The notes beneath the pieces are model-generated. The model was not told where the DNA came from, did no database searches, and worked only from the letters and a program-made list of their open reading frames with translations. A stretch of DNA of 64,000 nt from Lingula anatina (lineage: Eukaryota; Animalia; Brachiopoda): positions 19,592,001 to 19,656,000 of the forward strand of contig CM120641.1 in the NCBI GenBank assembly GCA_051362555.1, read 5' to 3'. Both the position numbers and the translations under genes were made by a program. Below, one piece after another: positions 1 to 11,100 of this stretch (the stretch's first letter is position 1; every line of letters begins with the position of its first letter).

Positions 1-205
1 TCGTAAATAAAATGACGTTTTACTCAAAGAAACGTAGATCCTATTGAACATGAGAGTAAAATGTTGCGTAATATTTCGTGGTCATTAAGCTCTAGTCATG
101 TTATGATTATAGGCTAAGTCTTCGGTGTAGATCTACATTTGATCAAATTGCTTCAGTAGGCCTAATCATCAAAGCTAAAATCTATGCTAAATTCGGTTTA
201 CTTGC

Positions 206-554
206 CTGACATGGATAGCGGTGAGTGTACAGAGGTCAAAGGTTCCAAGTACGGACTTGAGTCAACCTGCAGCGGACGACGGGGGTGACATGTTTCTCCA
301 CACGCAATATCCTGTTCATCCTCCTCAGTCTCATCATCTTCCATGTTCGCCGCATCAATCTGCTCGAAATTATGCGCTGACTTTTTTTCATCGGCGACCT
401 CTTCGGAGCTAGTGCCGTTACCACCGCTTCCAATGTTGTCATTTTTCAACTCGGAATCGTCAAGGTGTTCAAGTATAAGATTGTCTTTCTTGCTATTTAG
501 AGAAATTGACTTTATTTTCGTTGATTTAGATCTACGTGAAATGACCGCCCCCAT
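206..554 (-). CDS. First coding exon of an unidentified gene continuing left of the window; acidic N-terminal region with a possible N-myristoylation motif
   Basis: ORF MGAVISRRSKSTKIK...DDETEEDEQ...SPLSMSG from ATG at 554. It ends at CAG|GCAAGT, a consensus GC-type donor (205-200). GC/CpG-richer than the flanks. No family recognised. Confidence 0.5.
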
Positions 555-2796
555 GTTGTTAGCGAGAAAGTCAAACGCCCCTATCACGCGCACGACGTTC
601 AGATGTCGCGTATTTTACGTCACGCCAGGGACAGCAAATGATGATAATAATGATAATACATTTAAAAATGAAATATGAACTAAAAGTAAATTTAAATTAA
701 AAAAACTTAAAATTATTAACGAAGAAGAAGAAGAATTGTAAAATGAATGAAATGCTCATAGATCAAATTAATTACGTTGTTATGGATTGTCTTTGGGTGA
801 TCTTACAGGACTGATCTACGCCTATAATGCATAGGCCTATAGGTACGGATCACAAAAATTTTCGATTAACTTAAGCATTGTATGTGCCTATTTTAATTAA
901 AATGTGATTTCTTTATAATAAACGCCACGCATTTATTACCTCTTGTCATTGCTGCAGTAGTTAAAAATATCTTCCTGTATGGACAGAGAGCTTTTGTAAA
1001 ATCCTAATAGGTGTCGTCCACAGCGCATTTTTCTTCCCATGATGCACAGCACATTTTTCCATTAAGGCAATTGCATGTGCATAAATATTTAATTTGATGC
1101 TGAACCGTCTCCCAGCAAATTGATTTTCATACCTACTGGCACTGGAAAATAGACTAGATCTACTGAGAAAAGAAAAGAATTGAAATTCATATTTATAAAG
1201 GTAAGTTTTCATATCACTTTTATCACATATCTGGACACGAGAAATTTATCCTACATTGTATGTATTTGATTTTTAGGGGAAGGGTGGATATATTATTCAG
1301 GAATGCGTCTTGAAAAAAATGGATGTTTTGACTATTTTGACAATCAAACAAAGATTTATATAAATAAATATGTACATCATACTTTAATATTCGTAGGTCT
1401 TCGTTTCTTTAAAAACCTCAAAGATGTAGATTTTGGACTTGGTATAAGGTTTTCAATATTAGCTTTAAGAACGAAATACACAAAAGATATGCCAATTAGC
1501 GAATAACATAGATAACTTATTCATAATATACTCTTATCAAGCAAAAAGACGGATTCAACGCAAACCTGAGAATGTTTTTTGAGAAAACTGCACTGAGGGG
1601 CAGAATATCAAAATATTTAGAGAAGCCTGCATTTAACATGAAATTTGATTCTGCATTATATCATGCTGCACATACGAATATCTGTTGCTTGAAGGTCAGC
1701 ACCAAAACCACCGGGCAAAAGCCTAGGATGTCTGACATTTTCAAGGGGGAGGATATTTCCTTTGACATCGTACATATAAAATGAAATATGCACTGTAGAA
1801 TTAATACCTAGTACGTTTTCTTAAATAAATTATATGACAGACGAGGAAAACGTCATTAACAAGAACCCCAATTAAAGCGTATCCTCTTATCCTCTTATCA
1901 CTAGCACCTGAGCTGGTCTTGAAGATTGAGCTGGAAGCAATATCATTCTACAGCATTTGTATTACTGATAAAAATATGCTGGTGTAAGATGTTTTATACT
2001 TCTTGTCATAAAATATTACTGGCAACGCAATAAAAAATCGCATACTTAGACTTCAGCTTTCAAAAGCATTGCAAAACAGAAAGGCATTTGGATTACCTTT
2101 ATCTATAAGTTGGTACCAAGGTATGGTTATTATGTCATGGTAATACGTTGGCTGGAAGTGTGACAACTATTATCTCAACACGGAAACGACATGTCATAAT
2201 ATTCAAAGACCGTGTGTTAGCTGTCATGTTAAATTCACCCAAGCAAGTTGGGTCTTATTTTATCTTTTTAATTCCATAAAAGCAAAAATAAAAAAGGGAG
2301 ATCTCATAAGCAAATTGCAAACAAAAAGAAAAAAAGATAAAGAAAACGAAAATATTGAAGCATTTGAAGCAATGAAACCGAAACAGCGTTGACAACGACT
2401 TGTGTATTTATATTCTCAACCGATCTGTTGTGTTGGTCATCTAATTGCATTCTTGAAATATTAACCTCTAACTGTGGGGCTTTACTCTGGTTGATAACGG
2501 TCTACAATTGATGTGAACATGCTATAGAGTCGCCACATAAAACAGCAAAGCGATAATATTCCCATTAGATGCAGTTCCATCGTCATTATGACTATTAAGT
2601 TTTCGTTTTGTATGGAGGTCTATTGTTTTCAGCTAGATTTCCATAAACAGAGCGGTTTTTCTTTATTTTTCTCTGTGTTTTTTTTTTATATTATAATCAT
2701 TACGTCAATAATGATAATAAATAACTTTGGCATATCAACAACTGGTGCATAATATATAAAAACATAACGATGAATCTTTGTTATTATTATTATAAT

Positions 2797-3103
2797 TGAA
2801 TTGTTTAAAGGTTAAGAGCATATTCGGCACAGCCGCGGTCGACCCTGGAGCTAAAATGATGAAAAGAAAATAATGATGTTAACAGCTCATTAAAACAACT
2901 GCAAGATGTTCACATGCTTAATCAATGGAAAGTGATATCTTACTCGCTGCTCGTTGGTTTAAAATGTTACATTCACGGCAAATAGTGACAGAGTAGAAAG
3001 GCAATAGAAAGCACAAATTCAACGTATTTAGGCTGTATTAAGTCATAAAAATAATTAATTCATCTCTGCTCTATTTTACTTAGATTAACCTTTAAACAGT
3101 TCA
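2797..3103. mobile_element. Possible MITE with 19-bp inverted termini
   Basis: TGAATTGTTTAAAGGTTAA (2797-2815) and TTAACCTTTAAACAGTTCA (3085-3103), 1 mismatch. No clear TSD. Confidence 0.35.
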
Positions 3104-4218
3104 GACCAGGAATATAGTTGATATATAGATAATGTATGTTACTAATACTTTGCTGTCGGTGATTCAATATCAATTGGGTGCGGTGAGATTGGCTGGGAAG
3201 ATTGAAGGAACTCACCTGTACTCAACTGAGCCAGAATTATTAAGTAAAGCGTTGTTACTTTATATTTAGGACATTTTTTTACATCTCTATGTCTCATCCT
3301 CCAGCATTGTGAATTATCATGCGCATTTCCTTAAATGTTTAAAAGTACTCAACTGGGAAATCGATACGGCTTCAACTTGGTGTATATGATGCATGTAAAT
3401 AAACTGCAATCTGAGTAAACTGTAGACGCCTGGATACCAATGTATGCCCTAGAACGTGAAATAAGTCTGCGGGTTAATTCTATATTTATCGTCATTAAAT
3501 ATATTACCCATAAGCAATTAGCTGTCACAGAATTATTTTCCTAGGGGTTTGGGTTTGGTTCACTTACAGACCAGTTTTTGTTCAAATCTTGGATTTTTCT
3601 GAATCTAACATATCATTATTGGTATCAACATCGCCTTTGTAATGTTGTGTTACTTGTGTTTTTAACGTGTCAGGGTCTTTGTGCTATGTTAAAAACAAAT
3701 AGGCTCATAACGTTCGGAGTTTCATTTTGAGATAAAAAAAATGAAATTATACTGAAAAAAATCCGATGTTTCGGCTTCTTGATACTGACGGCGTGGGCCT
3801 TTCATTTGCAGTGGAAAAGTATTTCACTGGGGGCAAAAAAAGGTTCCGCCTCTATGATTAACCCAATGTATCCCTTTAGAGAAGATATGATACATATCAA
3901 AAGTTTGATAACTTCCTGCGGAAATGATATATAGCATGACCAAAAGGGCTAAATTGCGGTACTTGTCAACATGAGTTATGGTCATTTGATTTATTGTTTT
4001 AAATGAAAATATCTGCTTTAGGTCTGGTTGCTTTATGTTATTATATGCACAATAATAGGATTTGAGGATATCTCTTTCCCGGCACATTAATTTCTCTGTT
4101 TGATCCTAAATTGCCCAAGCATCAGCATCAAGCATCAAATTAAATTATAATTATATTTTTAAGAATTAGATGTTTGCTAGCTGGTATGTTTGTACCTTTA
4201 AAAAACATTGTATTTAAG

Positions 4219-4221
<3 letters not shown>

Positions 4222-4296
<75 letters not shown>
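4222..4296. repeat. (TA)n microsatellite
   Basis: About 37 uninterrupted TA units followed by poly-T. Confidence 0.98.
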
Positions 4297-4304
<8 letters not shown>

Positions 4305-5154
4305 TAATGCAAAATTCGTGTCGATGGTTGCTTTAATCACAATAGGAAAGGGAAAGCTATCTTGATAACTCATTCGACTCAGTCATCTGTTATTGAGAAA
4401 CAGGCAGGCAGTGTTGATAATCGTGTTTATTCATGGCAAAGAGCTGACACTTCAAGCGACGACACAGAAGATATAACAATTTGAGTGCATTATTTCATAT
4501 CTTCTCGTTATTGTTCCACAGTTATCACATTGTTTCGACCTTTGATCCCATTCAATTTCGCCATCAATTTCGTGTTAATTTGATTTTATCGCATTCGAAT
4601 GTTTTTATCGATATGCCGGCGTTAGTGTTCAGATATGGTTGTCCGATAGACGATTAACCATTTGCGAGAAATACACAGGTTTTATTGTTAATGTACTGAG
4701 CAATATTTCTTTCAGTATGCATTAATCCTCCATCGGACTTTGGGAAACCAGAAAATTCTGTGTCGCTACGATAATTCAGCACCTATGAAGATATAATGCC
4801 CAATCGTGTAAAATATTGACTAACCGCTTTATCAGAATAATGATATGGATATGAAGAGATACTCAGACCTATTAAACAAGCACTGGCAATATTTGAAAGT
4901 ATAAAACGGTCTTGAATCTCGTTATTTGACACAAGTCTCCTGTCTGTGGACTGAAAATTACTAGAACAGGTCAATCGGTCTGAGTAAATATCAAAAAGGT
5001 AATATATTATTTAATACCTTAAGGAATATATTAGACTCACATAACTTTTAATTAACTTCGAGGACCTTTTCCATGTAAAGTTCTATAGGCCTATGGCAAA
5101 GTTATTATTTAACGTAAGTTTATATCGATGTATCATAATTTCAGAAATAGCACA

Positions 5155-5985
5155 ATGGACAAGTGTATCGTTGACGCTGACACGGTCATACTAGACTGGG
5201 CAAAGAAGTGGTATGATGAAAATATGAAGAAAGGACTGGAAAAACTTCATAAAGGTGAGAAACTGGATTGGGAGGCAATCAACATTGACCTTAAAAAGCA
5301 GGTGGGTGATGACAAGCTTCGCTTGGTGCCCGATGAAGGCGCAGATATTGAAAGGGACGAAAAGATCAGCGATGAAGATGCTTCCACTGGACCCAAACAG
5401 CAACGCGCCTACGTGCTGTTCCGCTCCTGCTTCAACAACGACACATGCGGAGATCAGGAACACACTCTGAGAACAGAACGCAGAACAAACTCCACGTGCC
5501 AAGTGTCCATTTCAGAAGGATGTAGAATCGGCGGAGGCTTCAGTTTAAATGTCCCAAACCCTGTGATTGAGGCTAACGTTGGTTTTAGCAAAGAACTGGA
5601 AATTACAGAGGGGAAAGAAACGACTACCGAGCGCGAGTTGACGTGGACCCTTGACAGCCTTATCAAAGTTCCCGCCAAAACCAAGATCACTGCAGAAATG
5701 CAGGTGAAGGAAGCAGAATACCAAGGGAAATTTGAGCTTAAAACGTATATAAGGGGACGTTTTGAAGTAGTCTTGAGTAAAAACGGCTGTCACCTTGGTA
5801 CAATCAAAGGTTCCAATCTGAAGAAAGTTTTTACCAAAGAACACGGTTTCAAGGAGGACGCAGCAGGGGTGTATATTGTAACACGCGGTACCTGCCACTT
5901 TCGATACGGCATTGAGCAAAATTTGCGATTGTATGAAGAAAAACTTCCTGGCTGGGAGGACCTGAAGAGGAATAAACAAGATTAG
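5155..5985 (+). CDS. LIN-24-like ETX/MTX2 (aerolysin-fold) beta-pore-forming protein, about 276 aa, single coding exon
   Basis: Motifs VLFRSCFNNDT..QEHTLRTERRT, an amphipathic hairpin GCRIGGGFSLNVPNPVIEANVGFSKEL, TWTLDSLIKVPAKTK and GTCHFRYGIEQ match the LIN-24-like/ETX_MTX2 pattern as I recall it. A splice acceptor TTTCAG (ending 5144) lies just before the likely ATG at 5155. Confidence 0.8.
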   Translation: MDKCIVDADTVILDWAKKWYDENMKKGLEKLHKGEKLDWEAINIDLKKQVGDDKLRLVPDEGADIERDEKISDEDASTGPKQQRAYVLFRSCFNNDTCGDQEHTLRTERRTNSTCQVSISEGCRIGGGFSLNVPNPVIEANVGFSKELEITEGKETTTERELTWTLDSLIKVPAKTKITAEMQVKEAEYQGKFELKTYIRGRFEVVLSKNGCHLGTIKGSNLKKVFTKEHGFKEDAAGVYIVTRGTCHFRYGIEQNLRLYEEKLPGWEDLKRNKQD

Positions 5986-8140
5986 TGGCCAGGGCTTACA
6001 GTTTATTACAACCTGGTGCGTCGGCATATATGCGTGCTGCTTTACAACGCTTAGTTCACTGCAAGCTAGAAAGAACTGTCAGAACGTTTGTAGAACATTC
6101 GATACATTTACAAAGGCATATTAACCTTCGCCTCTGCCAAGTGGAAAGGATTTATTAATGTACGTGCATGTGCATTCTGACAAATGTACATCCCGACAGT
6201 TATCTTGCATTAACGCTCGTTTCTATTTCTAACACTAAAGAATAGATGTTTATAATGTGTTGCACAGTCGACAATTGGAAATTAAATGTGGTAAGCTTTT
6301 TGCTTTTTGATATGTTTCACTTCGAAAATGCACTGATGTTATGGCTGTAGTGAAAATCCAGAAAAAATTAACACGACATCCGACCATTTCGACCCCAGTT
6401 AAGTGCTTTTCACTTTAGATTGATAGTTCGTGTATTGACATCGAAAACCATACATTAATTTATCTGATTATTAAAGTGTGCTGATGGTATGAAACAGACG
6501 CAAAAACCTTGTCAAGCATCAATATCTCAGCTGTTAAATTACGAAATTCTCTCTGGGATTTGATTGTCTTTCTTCATTGATTGTGCTAATGGGATTAGAA
6601 CAATCCTTTTAGAATTCAAGGGTCATTGCCGCATAAATTGCATGTGAACAGTACAAATGTTAACATTCGTAAGCTATATGAAACGCGAATGCATGCTATG
6701 AGGAACCTCTGGGGGTTTACTCCATATCATACAAAATCAAAATGTGCGTGTCTCACCAAACGCATTCAGGACGAAAGTGGAGCACAGCCAACGTCTGAGC
6801 ACAATCATATTGCCCTGTTTTTTCCCCTTTGACATACCATTTTTTCCCCATAATTTTGAACTGTAAAAGGTACATTTGACAAGACTAAAAACTGGATCCA
6901 TTACCAGACTTACCTACAAGGGCTACAGACAAAAGTAGTTTAAAAAAATGAAGGATGTTTTTTTTAATAAGTGATTCAGACCAAAAATAAAAGGACTTTA
7001 TGAAAGCATTTTTCAATGAATATAGTATTATGAACTACTTTTTAAATCTTTAGTGTTCAGTAATTGACCGAAAATACCAAGTAACATATTAATAAAAAAC
7101 ACAAACACACATAATATATAATATCTATGCTTTACTACACTGTTTAACCAATAGGGGTGTCAAGACAACAATACACAAACCAAATGAGCAAGGTTATAAA
7201 ACTGCAGTTAAACTAGATTAACTATAGAACTCATCACAGTAAGAAAAAGGAGGATGACAGTTAACCACTGTCAAACTTCACATAAATGTTTAATAATCAA
7301 AATGTAAAATAGCAATTGTTAACCAAGCATTCCATATTAATGCATCTTTCTAAAACTTTTTACAGCAGTTATTGGATTTCTTTACAAATGCATGAAAAAT
7401 GTTCAATTTGCTATGTTCATCACATTTGTATTTCATGTCTACCTCCAATTTCACCACCTACTAGCAAATGGCAAAGTGCATTTGCTTGGCTGGCAAGAAC
7501 TTTTTATTCTCTACAAAAACTTGAGCAAAGTATTACTATCGTTATTTAAAACTTATTGTTTACAACATACTTGGTCACTAATCATTATCACTGGTAAATA
7601 TTAATAATACATCCTTGTATGACTAATTTTTATAATGCTGAATATAAAATGGATAAACAGCTACCTTGTACCAGGAATCACTACAAAATAATAATTAAGT
7701 GGATAAAAAATTGAGTTATTTTCATGCTATAGGAATAAGGCAAAAGACATGTGGACTCACATATCTTTTAGTTTTAGATATAAAACATGTTCTAAGCACC
7801 AATTATCGAAAAACAAGAATTAATTTACAATACATTTGACTGGTCTTGTTTACTGGCCTAGTTTAAATTACCACCAAAGATATTTTGAAACCGGTTTCAC
7901 ATGACCAAGAAATCATCTACAATTTCTCATCAATAAGTTTAAAACAATGTATTAAAAATTACAGGAAAATGAAAAATATGATTTGATTTTCCTCTATGCA
8001 CAAGCTACCACTGACTCTGTATAAAATTCATCCACCACCAAACCCACCAAATTCACCATTCTGATTCTGAATGATATTGTTGTGGTACTTAGAAAAGGAA
8101 ATTCTTACATATTCTTTATAAGAGTCTTCTTTTGGTGCTT

Positions 8141-11100
8141 TCATTGGTAACATAAATACACTGTTAGCTTTGCCTAAATAAAAAATGCAATAAATATAAT
8201 TAAATACAAACATGTAATTCATCATCTAATTATCCATTCAGTGACATAGAATATACAAATAATCAGATAATGTAGCTGTGGTGAATAGTTAATTGGTATA
8301 GTTCATTATGTGTATATTACCAAAAGTACACTATGCAGATAAATTAAATCAAGTTACCATTTTCACAACAAGTATTTTAATCCGTAATCTCCTATCTAAT
8401 TGCCTAATTGAAACTTTGCAAAATATAAATGACAAATTACGTAAATCTGGATTTTGTTTACCTTTTCCACCTTTATGTAACTTTTTGGTTCTGGTTGTAG
8501 GTCTTTTCCACTTAATTCACTGCATTCATTATCATCAAACACCAAGTTATAGCGTAGTCCATTCAGAGTTCCACCTTTCATGGTCACCACAATTCTGGCT
8601 TCACTGCATAAATAGATATGTGCCATATGTGAGTTTTCACTGGCTTACACAGCATGATAAAATATCCATATAAAACTTACCTAAACTGGCAAACTTACTG
8701 ATTTGCAGAGTACAACAAGGTGACTTAACATTAATTTAATATAACTTAATCATTATCTGTGATGGTTTGAAATGGATTAGCTGCTTGAATATTACACGTA
8801 CACAATAAACTTTTAAAAACTGTAAATACCTGCCCTTGCACTCTAAACTTGATATGTCAGCATTTTTTGCCTTTTCTCCACCAAAAGTTTTCTTCAGCCC
8901 ACTGGCTGGCAGTAGATCATCTATTGTCACTGGGATTACTACGTAGCTATTCTTTCCTTTTGTTATCATATGCGTGCCTGCAAAAACCCAAAGGCCTTAA
9001 TCCAATACTAGCATTTCTTTGATTTTCAGAACAGAAATGATATTTTTGATAAAAATTTCAATAGTGCATTAAATTACTTTATTTTCTTGAAAATTCATAA
9101 AGCTAAATATACAGTAGTTGTTGTTTTCTATAAGATAATATACATAGTTCATCATAATTTTAACATACTAGTATATACATGTAGAGTGAACACAATGACA
9201 ACATATCTGACAACAATGTTTACATCAGATAAGACAATCAATCACTGATAGGTAGTCAGTGCATATTAAGTTTGCCATGTGTATGTCATGCATGTGTGAG
9301 TAGTTTAAATCTTTCAATGAGTACTTCATGAATTGGTAACTAAATGAAAGCAGGGCCGTAGCCTCCGGGGGGGCAGGGGGGGCAGCTGCCCCCCCTGGGA
9401 TTTGAGGTGCAAAAAAAAAAAAATAAATAAATAAATAATAATCGCAAAGGTAAAAAAATAATTGCAAAGTTGGTATCAATTCTGTGAGAAAATGCACTCA
9501 TGGCCACTAGACAATCATTCAACAATCGTGGGAGGGGGACACCCCCTCCCACAACCTCCCCCGTCGGAGGCTTCGCCCCCTCGTGTCCGCTTACTGCCCC
9601 CCCTGGCATTTTGCTCAGGCTACGGCCCTGGAAAGTATAAAGTTCTCACAATAAATCAGCTCATTCTTGTTATCATCAGATTTTCACCTAATGTAAAACA
9701 AGGACTTCAAAAGTCGTAGCTACATCATGGCCTGCATGGGCGACTACAGACTTGAAATTATCTCTAAGCATCCACACACTGTTACTCCCCCCGAGCATAT
9801 ACATTATTACTCCAAAGCATATTGTTCTTCACTGGTAAAAAAACTAGAGGATCAGAGAGGCAATACCGCCTCCGAATATTGTACCACCAGCTGGAGCAAG
9901 CGTATTCGTATAGACCCCCACATACACAAAATAAGGGACACAGCCACCAGTCTTTTGCTTGACAAGCTGTAAAAATGCAATCAACAAGAATTTTCAAAAT
10001 ATGCAAAAAAATATATCAAAAGTTCATCAAAAGGTAGGTGAAAGGTCAATTTCACAGTAAGATTGCCAGTATACACCCTGAGCTTCAGAGCTGACTTGAC
10101 ACTAACCTTTTCACTGTAGCCTATCTCCATCGTGTCAAGTAACCTCTGACGAAAATAGTTTGACCTAGTTTATATAAGCCAATCGAATCCATGTTTCAAA
10201 ATTTTTCACCAAAGTTTGGTGAAAACGCTGATTGGTTGATCGTCAATCGGCAATCCTCGGCTGATTCCGCAAGCTTCATACTAACAACATAGTTATTGTC
10301 GAGTGCGGAGACATCCGAGTAGTTCCGAGTGGTTCCGAGTGCATAACCGTACACAAAGAAAGCATGGAGTACATCGGAATTGAAACCAGAGCAGTATGAT
10401 GCCCTGCATCATTATCTACTGAGGGATGATGTATTTTGCGTGCTGCCCACAGGTTACGGCAAGTCCCTGATATTCAGCCTTATCTTTGATTGGTCCGGAT
10501 TTGAACAAAGCGCGCTTTGATTCGTTCGCGTTCATTGGCTAGATCGTTCAATGAGTCATTGAGTGCGGGCTTTAAATTTGATTGGCGGGCGGCGGGAGCA
10601 CTCGAATCTGGTCAGAGGTTACTTGACACGATGGAGATAGGCTACAGTGAAAAGGTTAGTGTCAAGTCAGCTCTGATGCTCAGGGTGCCAGTATATGACT
10701 TCCTATTCAACTTCAAAAGTAACTTTGGACCTATCTCTGCCAGTTTGGGAGATAAAAGGGAAGCAAAATTTTCAAAGTTCAGTTCATGGTGAAAAGTAGG
10801 TCAAAGGTCAATTTTAAGGTCACATTAAGATTGCCAGTGTATGGCTTCCTATTCAACTTCAATAGTAACTATGGACCTATCTCTTCCAGTTTTGGAGATA
10901 AAAGGGAAGCAAAATTTGCAAAGTTCAGTTCATGGTGAAAAGTAGGTCAAAGGTCAATTTCAAGGTCACATTTAGATTGCCAGTATATGACTTCCTATTC
11001 AACTTCAATAGTAACTATGGACCTATCTCTGCCAGTTTTGGATATGAAAGGGAAGCAAAATTTGCAAAATTCAGTTCATGGTGAAAAGAAGGTAAACGGT

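Noticed and set aside
4140-4373. ORFs with YIYIYI runs
   Set aside because: Translation of the (TA)n microsatellite.
5191-6027. Overlapping antisense or alternate-frame ORFs
   Set aside because: Shadows of the toxin-like CDS with no recognisable motifs.
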